A stretch of 59,103 nucleotides of DNA, the filler included. It is 7 parts of 7 records of this genome, joined end to end, with 100 filler letters (N's around TTAATTAATTAA, not from the genome) between each part and the next. Parts side by side here need not be neighbours in the genome. Positions count along the whole stretch, not along the records: positions 1 to 5,782 come from SRR31147125_47502; positions 5,883 to 11,506 come from SRR31147125_47534; 5 more parts are not named here. The stretch is one strand, 5' to 3'. Positions 1-10,423 of the stretch are shown piece after piece; position 1 is the stretch's first letter, and the number at the start of each line of letters is the position of its first letter. A model generated the notes under the pieces. It made no database searches. It was not told the DNA's origin and worked only from the letters and a program-made list of their open reading frames with translations. Position numbers and translations under genes: made by a program.

Positions 1-33
1 CGTCCCAAATTTCAATTTGGGACGCAGATGGAA
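1..33. repeat. REP-like palindromic repeat, copy 1 (at contig start)
   Basis: Perfect 11-bp inverted repeat cgtcccaaatt-tc-aatttgggacg at 1-24; related copies at 2869-2901 and 5771-5782. Confidence 0.8.
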
Positions 34-122
34 GTACCAGTAGGAAGTGTGCAGTCGGCAGTAGGCAAGAGACAGTGTGTAGTAAGCGATGTGCATAAGG
101 ATAAATATCCTAATTTAATTAG

Positions 123-146
123 TGCCCGGCATGGATATACCGGGCG
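123..146 (-). terminator. Possible hairpin downstream of oligopeptidase B
   Basis: gcccgg-N10-ccgggc about 60 nt after the stop codon; U-tract weak. Confidence 0.35.
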
Positions 147-204
147 ATTCGTTTTTGAGTCAGGTTAATGCACGTTTGCAAATAAATTATAGAAAAATAA
201 ATAT

Positions 205-2336
205 TTATTCATCTATGCCTAATTGAGATAATATAAAAGCCAATTCATATGCTCTTTTTTTGAGATCATCATATCTCCCGGTTTTTCCAAAGTGACCGCT
301 TGCCATATTAGTTTTCAACAAAATGATATTGTTGTCTGTTTTTAAAGCTCTTAATTTTGCAACCCATTTTGTTGGCTCCCAAAAAAACACACGTGGATCA
401 TTAAGTCCGGATGTCACAAGCATTGGAGGATAATTTTGGCTTGTAACATTGTCATAGGGTGAATAGGACTTTATATAGTCATAGTACTTTTTATCTTCGG
501 GATTGCCAACATGTTTATGTTCCGACAGTGTTCCTGGAAGCGTTTTATCGAACATATCATTTAGTATATCCACCCATGGTACGCGAGCAATGACTGCTGC
601 GAAAAGATCCGGCTTCATATTAGCAACTGCGCCCATTAAAAGCCCTCCGGCACTTCCTCCTTCTATTGCCAATTTTTCCGGAGAGGTATATTTTTGATTC
701 ACCAAATATTCGGCGCAGGCGATAAAATCATAAAAGCTGTTTTTCTTATTTAAAAGTTTGCCTTGATCATACCATTCTTTACCTAAATAGTCGCCACCCC
801 TGATATGCGCGATGGCATAAACAAAGCCGCGGTCAAGCAGACTTTTACGGTTTGATGAAAAGTATGGATTAATGGTATATCCATATGCCCCGTAGGCATA
901 TAAAAGCAATGGATTTTTTCCGTTTAAGGCAAGACCTTTTTTATAGACGAGGGAGATTGGAACCAGGCTACCATCATGAGTTGGAGCAAAAACGCGTTCT
1001 GTGATATATGATGACTTTTCATAACCACCAGTTATTTCCTGTTTCTTTATAATCTCCCGGGAATGTGTATTCATGTTGTATTCATACATGGTTTTAGGAG
1101 TTGTCAATGAAGTGTAATAAAATCGAAAAAGTTCGGTGTCAAATTCCTTATTATCGCTCTCGATTAAAGTAAAAGTAGGTTCATCAAATTCTACATAATG
1201 TTCCTCACCCGAATTGTTATTAATAATTTGTATCCGTTGTAATCCATTCTCCCGAAATCTTACTACGAGATGATCTTTAAAGATTTCGAAACCTTCAATT
1301 TTCGCATCTATTCTATGTGGAAAGATTATCTCTCTCTTTTCTTTTGATGGATTGGAATCTGATACAGAAAAAATCTCGAAATTTTTCCCCCATTCATTAC
1401 TCTGAATGAAAAATTTGTCTGCAAAATGTTCTACATAGTATTCCACGCCATTTTTACGTGGAAATAATTCCTTAAAGGATGATTCGGGCAAGTTTGCATT
1501 CAAGTAGCGCATCTCGTTAATTTCCATGCTATAGCTTTCTAAAAAGATAAAAGCCTCATCCTTTGTTTTGAATGGATATAATTTAAATGCTTTATCTTGC
1601 TCATGATAGATTATCTTATCTGATTTGGGGTCCATACCGAGTTTATGACTCATAAGCTGATACGGTCTGTTTGCCTCATCCACTGTTGTATAAAAGAGTG
1701 TTTGATTATCATTTGCCCAGACAAGACTTCTGGTATTATGAATTTCATCCTCAAGCAATTCACCTGTAGTCAGATCCTTAATTTTGAGGATATATCGTTC
1801 CGAACCATCTATGTCATAGGAAAAGGCCAACATTTTATGATCATAACTCATACTGAATTCACTCAGGTCAAAATAGTCATGACCTTTAGCCAGTTTATTA
1901 ATATCTAAAAGGATTTCTTCTTTAGAATCAAGGCTTCCTTTTTTCGACACGCAATCTTGTACGATTTTCCTTCATCTTGCCGAAAATAATAAAAATATTC
2001 TCCTTTTTTATATGGTACAGAGTTGTCTGTTTCCTGAATTCTGCTTTTCATCTCTTGAAATAATTTCTGTTGCAACGATGTCGTTGGTGCCATCATGTTT
2101 TCAGCGTATTCATTTTCTGAAGTCAAATACTCTATTACCTCAGGATTTGATTTATCACGAAGCCAGAAATATGGATCTAAACGAACATCATCGTGCGCTT
2201 TGTCTGTCTTTAATTTGATTTTAGCACAAGGCGGAGTCGGTGAGGATTGGTTATCATTCGCTATTAAAATGCCGGAACAGAAAAAACTAACCAAAAATAA
2301 AACGTAAAAACGATAAATAATTTTAAAATCAAACAT
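205..2336 (-). CDS. ptrB: Oligopeptidase B (peptidase S9A), probably exported; split by a -1 frameshift at the T6 run 1939-1944
   Basis: N-terminal ORF 1905-2336 has a hydrophobic leader and DPYFWLRD; C-terminal ORF has GGSAGG (Ser), NDPRV (Asp), SGHFG (His). One extra A restores ACRKKGSLD. Confidence 0.92.
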
Positions 2337-2814
2337 TTACTACTTTCCTCAAATGTCATAAAGGGTTCTTTTAGTATTGTGAATTATGATAAGATTAACA
2401 TATAGGCTTTTATTCATAGTTGAGCGCAACAAAAATTGCTAATGTATAGCAGTGAAAAACCAGTTGCAAATATTATCAAGGTCTTACTGTGTCAAACTCA
2501 ATTGCAAATAAATCCCTGGCTGGACGAAGCCGTATAACGGTTTATGCTATGGGTATTTAGTCAGTATTTTTCCTCCTTATTTTAGAAAATGCCAATCTCT
2601 GAAAATAAATTCTTTCATTTTTTGAACGAGTATACAAAAACAGGCATAGTACAGCTTTTCAATGTAAAACTCTGTTGTGGCTTAATATAATTATCTTCAT
2701 GAGGTGCTATTTATCCTAATCTATTATTTTTATTGGCTGTACAAAATAATATGAAAATTATTCTTAGCTCGTAAGAAATATTCTGGTTTCAAAAAAAATG
2801 TCGAAAAGGGAAAC

Positions 2815-2901
2815 AACCTTTGGAAGGTTCTGGCAGCTTTGGTGAAACACAGCTTTAGCTGCCAGGTGCGTGCCAAATTTCAATTTAGGACACAGATTGA
2901 A
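2815..2901. repeat. REP-like composite repeat, copy 2 (degenerate)
   Basis: 2869-2901 matches 1-33 with 4 mismatches; preceded by hairpins aacctt-tgg-aaggtt and tggcagct...agctgcca. Confidence 0.7.
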
Positions 2902-2914
2902 AGATATCGGTCTT

Positions 2915-4231
2915 TTAATCCGTTTTTAGATTCGGATCGTTCTCCGGACGCATCGTTTTCATAATGACGGAGTGACAGATTTTACCTGCCTGTTCCATTT
3001 GGTTTTTATTGATTTTTTCAGGAGTATCATTCGGTGTATGAAAAATCGGGCTGCCCGTTTTTTGTGCCACACCGGTAGATGGAATGCCTGCCTGAGCAAA
3101 CGTTCTCATATCCGAAAATAATCCTTTTGACTCATGCACAGGTATTTCATGCTCGTGGGCGGAGTCGATAATCATCTGTTTTAGCCAATCGGGTACGTTT
3201 GAAATTGTCAGTGGCGGTAAAATTTCTGCACTCATTATTCTCCATTGCCCGTTCGGATCTTCCCAGGATTTATTCATCAAATATTCGGGAATCGTATTTT
3301 TAATTCCTGAACTCTTTTTTTCAGATACGCCTCCAAGAGTTTCTGCACAGATATCCCCTTTACCTCCAACGGTATCCAGATTGAATACCAGTTTGCAGTT
3401 TTCCAGATCAGCGGAGTGATTTTTGAGGTACATCCTGGAACCCAATAAACCGACTTCTTCAGAACCAAAGGCCACAAAACGAATATTACAGGTCAACTTT
3501 TCCGGTTGCTGTTTAAAGATATGTGCTAATTCAATCAGGGTACCAATCCCTGTTCCGTTATCATTTGCACCGGGACTGGTTCTGTAGGAATCATAATGTG
3601 CTGTAATCAAAATGTCCTTTTCCGTTTGGACTGGTGCGTTTAACATTCCGACAATATTGGAGGAGGTCATTTTATTTGTTTCACCAAAAATATAAAGATT
3701 GAAATCGATGGTTTCAAAATCTTTAACTGGTGTGAATTCCGTCGAATCAATATAAACGACCGCTTTGGCGCCAAAGCCCATTAACATAAAATAATTAGCC
3801 GGACTTTTTGTTATGACTGTTTTTTCTCTGACTTGCTCAGGTGAAATGGACCTGTCGGGATTATACAAAATTGCGGATCCGGTAAAATGTTTTTGTGATT
3901 GATAAGGATCAAAACCAACAAGAAGTGGATCAATTTTTTTCCCGCTCATTGAAAATTGAATATCTGATATTTCAAAAGATTCAAATTCGAACGGCTCTGA
4001 GGTTGTGGATAGGCCTGCTTCTTCAAATTGATCTTTTATATATAATGCCGTTTGTTTTTCTTCAGATGAACCTGCAGAGCGAATACCGATACATGACAAC
4101 TTTTCTACATGATTAAAGGCTTTTTCTTTAAAACCCGTGGCGGTAAAAATATCTTTATTGATAGTCTGTGCCAGGGTAACGGACATGAGGATGGTGATAT
4201 TCAGGGTGAAATAGTAGAGGAGTCTTTTCAT
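2915..4231 (-). CDS. Secreted M28-family Zn aminopeptidase
   Basis: Signal peptide; AHYDS, GANDNGTG, GSEEVGLLGS, NLDTVG and FHTPND metal-ligand motifs. Confidence 0.9.
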   Translation of the reverse strand: MKRLLYYFTLNITILMSVTLAQTINKDIFTATGFKEKAFNHVEKLSCIGIRSAGSSEEKQTALYIKDQFEEAGLSTTSEPFEFESFEISDIQFSMSGKKIDPLLVGFDPYQSQKHFTGSAILYNPDRSISPEQVREKTVITKSPANYFMLMGFGAKAVVYIDSTEFTPVKDFETIDFNLYIFGETNKMTSSNIVGMLNAPVQTEKDILITAHYDSYRTSPGANDNGTGIGTLIELAHIFKQQPEKLTCNIRFVAFGSEEVGLLGSRMYLKNHSADLENCKLVFNLDTVGGKGDICAETLGGVSEKKSSGIKNTIPEYLMNKSWEDPNGQWRIMSAEILPPLTISNVPDWLKQMIIDSAHEHEIPVHESKGLFSDMRTFAQAGIPSTGVAQKTGSPIFHTPNDTPEKINKNQMEQAGKICHSVIMKTMRPENDPNLKTD

Positions 4232-4495
4232 TGTTCAGTGCCCTTTTGGAGAAGATTCCAAAGTTTATATTTGTTAATAGATTGACGGTGTTTGTAGAGG
4301 AATGTTTCATAAATTTATTTTTATCTGTCAAAACCGGATTAATTTCAGGTAGAATTGAATAGTTCGAAGTAGCATGGTGATTCACGTGAAAGATTTTAAA
4401 TCTGACAGATTGGGATGGATGTCCCAATTTATTTTACGGCCGACATGAATAGCGGCTGGTCAGAGTATTGGTGTGATAAAAACAATCATAAAAGT

Positions 4496-4557
4496 TGTAA
4501 AAAATGTTTAACAATATGTAAAAAATACTTTACATGCAGCCCATTTTTTTGTATATT
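4496..4557 (+). promoter_or_regulatory. Tandem palindromic operators overlapping a sigma70 promoter for the XRE gene
   Basis: tgtaaaaaatgtttaaca (4496-4513) and tgtaaaaaatactttaca (4517-4534), 21-bp period; TTTACA (4529-4534) -17 bp- TATATT (4552-4557). Confidence 0.7.
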
Positions 4558-4597
4558 CGTTACATATAAATTGTATTCGTTTTTGAGGAAAATGTGT

Positions 4598-4807
4598 ATG
4601 AAATTAGGTAATAACATTAAACGGTGTCGTTTTGATAAAAATGAAACATCACAACAGGAACTTGCTAATGCAATAGGTGTTACGAGACAAACGATCCTTT
4701 CGACTGAAAAAGGTAAATTTGTGCCATCTGCTTTGCTCGCATTAAAAATAGCCCGGTTCTTTAACAAATCTTTTGAAGAAGTTTTTTACATCATTGAGGA
4801 TGAATAA
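4598..4807 (+). CDS. XRE/Cro-C1 helix-turn-helix transcriptional regulator
   Basis: SQQELANAIGVTRQTILSTEKGKFVPS HTH_3 pattern; start moved to ATG 4598 (4592 also possible) after a gagg RBS. Confidence 0.9.
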   Translation: MKLGNNIKRCRFDKNETSQQELANAIGVTRQTILSTEKGKFVPSALLALKIARFFNKSFEEVFYIIEDE

Positions 4808-4844
4808 GTTTTTAAAGGTTATATTGAGACCTGGAGACCATATC

Positions 4845-5720
4845 ATGAAATCAAAAATAAAAACAAATAACAGTATTTTATTGATCATTAGCGTTCTCTC
4901 ACTGACTTTTCTACTCTTTATCCTCTATCAGGTTAATACAGATGTGGCTGAAGCTTTTAATGTAGAAAAGTTAGGTTTTAATACCTTGGATTACTTTATA
5001 GGATTTGGATATATCTTTGTTTTAATATTTCATTTTTATGCGATTCTGTTTCTCTTTGATCATTTTCATCGTTTTGAGGAATTGAAGGCTTTGAGAACAG
5101 TTTTACTCATTCTTGGTGTGATTTCACTTTTAGCCATAGGCGGTGAAAAAGTATTGGCTGATGAAATAGCACGAGAATATCGATTTGGAATGGAAATGAG
5201 TGAAATATATGTTCTTTTCGTTGCTATTTTGATAAATCTGTCATTCAATATTTTGATGATTTTATTTGTATTAAAAACGTTTAAACTGAAAGGATTTCAA
5301 TCCACATCCATCCCTGTAGATGAAAAAATATTCACCATAGCACAGTGTTTGGGGATTTTCTCAGGCTTGATGGGATTATTATTGACTTTTGATTTGATCG
5401 GAAAAAAAATTCTCACTCAAAAATTATGGATTTATATTCCTTTTTATATCTTGTTCCTGGTTCCTTATATACTCGTTGTAATATATTGGTTATCCCTGAA
5501 ACTAAAACAGCGAATGGATGATTGGTTTGATGAAAAGCAACTCCAGGATTTACGCAAATCGTCTCTGACAACATTGTTCATATCGTTTCCTGGTTTAGCA
5601 CTGTTTTTATTTATGAGTCTTCCGTCACATTTTTATTTTTTTCTATACTATATATTTTTGGTCTTGTTTTTGTTTTCCGCAAGTACGTTGTATTTTTTTA
5701 GATTTAAAGATAGTGACTGA
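4845..5720 (+). CDS. Multi-pass membrane protein cotranscribed with the XRE regulator
   Basis: About 8 hydrophobic segments; ggag RBS before ATG 4845 (ATG 4800 is an alternative). Confidence 0.75.
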   Translation: MKSKIKTNNSILLIISVLSLTFLLFILYQVNTDVAEAFNVEKLGFNTLDYFIGFGYIFVLIFHFYAILFLFDHFHRFEELKALRTVLLILGVISLLAIGGEKVLADEIAREYRFGMEMSEIYVLFVAILINLSFNILMILFVLKTFKLKGFQSTSIPVDEKIFTIAQCLGIFSGLMGLLLTFDLIGKKILTQKLWIYIPFYILFLVPYILVVIYWLSLKLKQRMDDWFDEKQLQDLRKSSLTTLFISFPGLALFLFMSLPSHFYFFLYYIFLVLFLFSASTLYFFRFKDSD

Positions 5721-5734
5721 ATTTTAGCGGTCGA

Positions 5735-5782
5735 GCAGTTGCTAAGAAGCATAGCTTCTATTGCCAGTTGCGTCCCAAATTT
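5735..5782. repeat. REP-like composite repeat, copy 3 (truncated by contig end)
   Basis: agaagc-ata-gcttct hairpin then tgccagttgcgtcccaaattt, collinear with copy 2. Confidence 0.7.
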
Positions 5783-5882
5783 NNNNNNNNNNNNNNNNNN
5801 NNNNNNNNNNNNNNNNNNNNNNNNNNTTAATTAATTAANNNNNNNNNNNNNNNNNNNNNNNNNNNNNNNNNNNNNNNNNNNN
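5783..5882. other. Artificial contig spacer
   Basis: N-run + ttaattaattaa (stops in all six frames) + N-run, 100 nt. Confidence 0.99.
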
Positions 5883-5939
5883 TATTTAGAAGAATCTGAT
5901 GAAGATACTGAAATTACAGATAAAGCTAATAAATCATGA
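5883..5939 (+). CDS. 3' end of an unknown gene (partial)
   Basis: Open frame YLEESDEDTEITDKANKS* from the contig edge, followed by an atgag...ctcat hairpin and T-run. Confidence 0.4.
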   Translation, partial: YLEESDEDTEITDKANKS

Positions 5940-5970
5940 GATGGAAAACTCATTTTTTATACAAAAAAAC

Positions 5971-6110
5971 GGAAGAACTACCCTGTTTAAGCCTATCTCT
6001 TTAGTTGTGAAGTATCAGATGATCCCATCTTACATGCGACATCTGACCTTGCGCTTATATGATCACTTAAGAGTTTATAGTTGAACAGGACATCTGATGT
6101 CCGGTTCTAC
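5971..6110 (-). ncRNA. ssrS: Probable 6S RNA (long irregular hairpin)
   Basis: Nested pairings 5974-5978/6104-6108, 5982-5990/6081-6089, 5993-5996/6077-6080, 5997-6001/6069-6073, 6007-6010/6063-6066, 6015-6021/6040-6046. Minus-strand ends resemble clostridial-type 6S RNAs as I recall them; strand not certain. Confidence 0.55.
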
Positions 6111-6121
6111 ACAAAAAAAGA

Positions 6122-6177
6122 AAAAACCTATAAAACATATCATTCATTTAAGAATTTTAGTTTCATAAGTTTTTTTC
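6122..6177 (-). terminator. Possible terminator of the cold-shock gene
   Basis: Minus-strand inverted repeat aaaaaacttatgaaac...gttttataggtttttt followed by a T-run; loop unusually long. Confidence 0.4.
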
Positions 6178-6214
6178 CTTGAATTTTTAGTTATTGATTA
6201 TATATTTTTGAAAA

Positions 6215-6412
6215 TTATAATTTAACAACGTTTGTAGCTGTTTCGCCACGATCGCCATTAGTTACATCAAATTCAACTTTTTCGCCTTCTTCTAATGATT
6301 TATAACCATCAGTTTGAATTGCAGTAAAGTGTACAAATACATCTTTGCCTTCTGAAGTTGAGATAAATCCATATCCCTTGTCAGAATTAAACCATTTTAC
6401 AGTTCCTGTCAT
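6215..6412 (-). CDS. cspA: Cold-shock protein (CspA family)
   Basis: GTVKWFN, KGYGFI (RNP1), VFVHF (RNP2); aaggag RBS. Confidence 0.96.
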   Translation of the reverse strand: MTGTVKWFNSDKGYGFISTSEGKDVFVHFTAIQTDGYKSLEEGEKVEFDVTNGDRGETATNVVKL

Positions 6413-6975
6413 GTTCGATTACTCCTTAATTTTGTTATTTGCTAATAATTACGTTAATAATACTCGCTTAAGTAGTATACACCATAAATCAAAATATTCA
6501 ACTTAAAACACTGCATTTTGATTAATATATCAATTATTACGTCATATATTGGGTATAATTACCAAATAAAGCCTAATTCATATTGAGCGTCTCAATAATT
6601 TTAATGATATGAAGGAATTTCTGTTAATATTCGTAATATATTGATTCATTTATCGCTTATGTATCAGACTTTTTTTATTTTAATAAAACCATTCAGTACA
6701 TGACTATTTGAGCTAAACCCCATTGAAAATCAATATATGGTAATCTATTTTAGCACAAAATTTAAAATGCTTACACGAAAATATGGTGTTAAATTTTTTG
6801 AGAACAAATCAACATTAGTTGGAATAAAGAAATACATATTGCTTATAATTATCATTTAAAAATATTGAATAATTTTACATATATATGATATTTGATGATA
6901 TAATATAATAAAAATAGTTTTGTGTGTTAAACATATATATACATAAAACTAAAAATATCTCTGGAGGGGTAAATA

Positions 6976-7842
6976 ATGGATAGATTTGAACATAATTATG
7001 AAGAAAATTTTGATGCTATTGAACAAAGTTTAATGAAAGAGAAGCGAGAAAAATATTATGAGTTTTTTAGCTCTTCTTTATCACTAATCGTAGTTATTCT
7101 TTTTTGGTTAAGTTTTATATTTAGTGTTTATAACGCAATCAGTGCATTTGGAACTAATGACGAAAGTGCATTTTCAAATGGATTCTCATTAATATTGGAG
7201 GTTGCTTTAGGCATCATTATTCCTATAGCTGCTTATAAACTATATAGGGGTTCTAAAAATAAAAATGTTGTAGAAATAAACTCAGGCTTTGATTGGATCA
7301 TTATGTATTTGAAAATCATAAAAGTAATCTTAATTATTGCTAGTATTATATTTGCAGGTTTTGCTTTGTTAAGTATGTTTATTGCACCTCAAATTATTAT
7401 TGTGCTCATGATTGTAGCAGGCATTGTTGCTCTAGCTTTCTATATCATAACTATATTTAAGGAATTTTTTATAAATTTGAAGACAGCTTTTAATAGCGAA
7501 AAAAGATATATACCAAGTGCACAAAAGATAAAAACCTATTTAATAGTTATTTTGGTTTTGACGATTATATTTGGATTGCTTTTCATGATGTTATTGCAAA
7601 ATATTGAATCAATTTTACCTGATGGATTTGAAGATCAGTTCGGCGACTTACAAGCTAGTTTAGATGCAGTTAGAATTGCTTGGTATACTTCATTAGCGAT
7701 TGGAGTTTTCATTCAAGCTTTCTTCGTATACTATGTGCATGTGTTTGATCAAACATTTGAACCATTTAATGTGTACTTTCAAAAGAAAGTAGAAGCGTAT
7801 GAAAAACAACAATTGGAAAATGAATCATCACCTATTATCTAA
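6976..7842 (+). CDS. Hypothetical multi-pass membrane protein
   Basis: 288 aa, about 6 hydrophobic helices, ggagg RBS. Confidence 0.8.
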   Translation: MDRFEHNYEENFDAIEQSLMKEKREKYYEFFSSSLSLIVVILFWLSFIFSVYNAISAFGTNDESAFSNGFSLILEVALGIIIPIAAYKLYRGSKNKNVVEINSGFDWIIMYLKIIKVILIIASIIFAGFALLSMFIAPQIIIVLMIVAGIVALAFYIITIFKEFFINLKTAFNSEKRYIPSAQKIKTYLIVILVLTIIFGLLFMMLLQNIESILPDGFEDQFGDLQASLDAVRIAWYTSLAIGVFIQAFFVYYVHVFDQTFEPFNVYFQKKVEAYEKQQLENESSPII

Positions 7843-7884
7843 ATTATGATTATTTAAAATTTATGTTTTAAGGAAGGGATTACG

Positions 7885-8394
7885 ATGAGCAGACCGAAAA
7901 ATAAAGATGAGTTATTACAAGCATCTAGTGATTTATATCTTAAACTAACCACCTTAGTTAATCAATTAAGTTTAGAACAAATGCAAGGTAGTTTTTGTTT
8001 TGATGACAGAGATAAAAACATAAGAGATGTCATTATTCATTTATATGAATGGCATCAATTGTTGTTGAAATGGGTTAACGCTAATCAATTGGGTATGAAG
8101 CAATCATTTCTACCCAAACCGTATAATTGGAAAACTTATCAAAAACTCAATATCGAGTTTTTCAATAAACATCAAAAAACATCGTTAGATTATGCGATGA
8201 AATTGATAAATCAATCGCATGTTGATGTAATAGCGATGATCAATTTATTTAGCAATGATCAATTATTCACCAAAAAATACTATGATTGGACGGGTACGAC
8301 GAGTTTAGGAAGTTACTGTGTATCTGCAACGTCTAGTCATTATGTTTGGGCAATAAATAAAATAAAGAAATACATTAAAATGTGTCTCACATAG
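7885..8394 (+). CDS. ClbS/DfsB family four-helix bundle protein (DUF1706)
   Basis: RPKNKDELL, DRDKNIRDVIIHLYEWH, SATSSHYVWA family motifs. Confidence 0.88.
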   Translation: MSRPKNKDELLQASSDLYLKLTTLVNQLSLEQMQGSFCFDDRDKNIRDVIIHLYEWHQLLLKWVNANQLGMKQSFLPKPYNWKTYQKLNIEFFNKHQKTSLDYAMKLINQSHVDVIAMINLFSNDQLFTKKYYDWTGTTSLGSYCVSATSSHYVWAINKIKKYIKMCLT

Positions 8395-8533
8395 GGTATG
8401 TTGATGCATGAAAGTATAAGTTAATCGATATGCAATTGACCAAATAGATTGTAAAACCTATGTAAAGCATATATATTTGTTAGGATGAGTTGATTATAAT
8501 AAAAACAAATATATCGTTTAATTAGGAGTTTTT

Positions 8534-9281
8534 ATGATAAAATCTATTTCAAAGATAGAAACTATATGCTGGTTTCTAGGTTTTGGCGTTGTTTTTGCTG
8601 TATTTTTTTATGGTGTGATACCATTGTTTGAATCGTTTGGATTACCAGGTTTTTATGCATATTTGCTTGCACTGACAATACCTTTTGTTTTAATGATTGC
8701 TACAACTTTTTATTGTCTGAAAAAAGATGGGGAGAAACTTGATTTCAAATCACTTTTGAGAAGACTGAATTATAAGAAAATAAAGAAAAAGAATATCTTA
8801 TTGCTTATAGGAATTTTTTTAGTTGAACTGATCGTTTTTCTACTGTTTAATCAGTTAAATATGTTGCTTGTAGAACATGTATATATATATTTCCTAATGA
8901 TTTACCTGTCTTTGCAGATCCTAGAGTGCTTGATGCGCTTGAGATGATTGACTTAGAGATTGGGTTAAAAAATAATTATGTATTACTATTTGTTGTATTT
9001 ATCGTTTTAATATTAAATGTCATCGGCGAAGAATTTTTTGGAGAGGCTATCTTTTCGAAAGACAAAAAGTAAATGCCACTAAGTATTTTTGGGTATTTCA
9101 TGCACTCATGTGGACACTCTTTCATTTTTATAAATACTATGACCTAATCATCGTACTACCTATGGCATTCGGATTAACTTATGCTGTTTATAAAACGAAG
9201 AATAATACACCAGGTTTAATATTTCATTTTATTACTAATTCTACAACTTTATTTACGATTTTATATTATGTGATATTTTAG
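8534..9281 (+). CDS. CPBP/Abi (CAAX protease-like) intramembrane metalloprotease; two -1 frameshifts (near 8890 and 9034-9039)
   Basis: Rejoined frames give GEEFFWRGY, HALMWTLFH and GLIFHFITN, ending at TAG 9279-9281. Confidence 0.8.
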
Positions 9282-9285
9282 TCAT

Positions 9286-9313
9286 AGAGCATCTCTTGTG
9301 AGGTGTTTTTTAT
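9286..9313 (+). terminator. Rho-independent terminator
   Basis: agcatctc-ttgt-gaggtgtt followed by a T-run directly after the CPBP stop. Confidence 0.7.
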
Positions 9314-9370
9314 TTGTCTATATGGATATGTTACAATAGTTATATATGATGTAGTTGAAAGGGGCGTTGC

Positions 9371-9883
9371 ATGTTAAAAATTAAACCATTAAATATAGAA
9401 GAATTAGATGAAGCATATCAATTTTTATCACAATTAGAACCACAAGATGGCTTTAAGAACCATATTTACCAAATGCCATATAAACAATTTAAGCATGAAG
9501 AATTTGATAGATTAATGAAAGAGTCCAAAGGCATTGATTTGGATGAAGGACGTGTGCCACAAACATACTTCTTTTTATGGGATCACAACAAAATTGTTGG
9601 TATTTTTAAAGTGAGACATTATCTAAACGAATCACTGAGAACAGGCGATGGACATATTGGATATGCCATAGGTAGTAAACATAGAAGACAAGGATATGCG
9701 ACAAGAGGATTAAAATTATTATTACATATCGCAAAAGATATCATTAAAGAAGATGAGATATATTTTTGTGTATTTAAATATAATAAAGCTTCCATGAAAG
9801 CACAAATAAAAAATGGTGCAACACTTCATCACATGGATGATATTGATGCATTTTTAAGATTGAAAAAATCAGATATTAAATAG
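9371..9883 (+). CDS. GNAT family N-acetyltransferase
   Basis: RHYLNESL...GHIGYAI...RRQGYAT and NKAS motifs. Confidence 0.9.
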   Translation: MLKIKPLNIEELDEAYQFLSQLEPQDGFKNHIYQMPYKQFKHEEFDRLMKESKGIDLDEGRVPQTYFFLWDHNKIVGIFKVRHYLNESLRTGDGHIGYAIGSKHRRQGYATRGLKLLLHIAKDIIKEDEIYFCVFKYNKASMKAQIKNGATLHHMDDIDAFLRLKKSDIK

Positions 9884-9891
9884 GAGTTTAT

Positions 9892-10377
9892 ATGCAATAC
9901 TGTCCAAATTGCGGGAAGAAGTTAGAGAAAGAAATAATGATTGAAAACAAACCATATAAACAATGTTTATGTGGCTATATTGATTGGGATAACTGGGTCA
10001 ATATGTCTGCAGTCGTCGTTGCTAGAAATGATAATGGACACATTTTAATGGTAAGAATGAAAAAGACAAAAACCTATACATTCCCTGGTGGATTTAGAGA
10101 TTTAGGTGAGTCATTAGAAGAAGCTGCGAAAAGAGAATGTTTTGAAGAAACAGGCTTTGTTATTGATGAATTATCATTGTTTCATGTCGATACACTTGAC
10201 TCAAATCGACTAGTGTGGGTTGTCTTTGAAGCAAAAATTATTAAAGGAACATTTGTTAAAAGTGATGAAGTTGATCAAATATTTTTTGTTGACCCATCTA
10301 AACTTGATGAGATTTCACCACTTCGTGGTTCTCTATCAAAGAGATTAAAAAATAAAATTATTATAGATTGTTTATAA
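9892..10377 (+). CDS. Nudix hydrolase with N-terminal Zn ribbon
   Basis: CPNC...CLC; Nudix box GGFRDLGESLEEAAKRECFEETG. Confidence 0.92.
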   Translation: MQYCPNCGKKLEKEIMIENKPYKQCLCGYIDWDNWVNMSAVVVARNDNGHILMVRMKKTKTYTFPGGFRDLGESLEEAAKRECFEETGFVIDELSLFHVDTLDSNRLVWVVFEAKIIKGTFVKSDEVDQIFFVDPSKLDEISPLRGSLSKRLKNKIIIDCL

Positions 10378-10423
10378 ATGTTATGATATGATATAACAAA
10401 AGAGATACAAATGGAGGGGTATA

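Noticed and set aside
36-85. Short gcagt/ggcag reiterations after the first palindrome
   Set aside because: Too short and irregular for a CRISPR array or tandem repeat; no unique spacers.
2516-2580. Possible attC half-site (ccgtataacgg / GTTATAC) and an orphan aggagg RBS upstream of ptrB
   Set aside because: No matching second core site, no integrase and no intact ORF; at most a decayed remnant.
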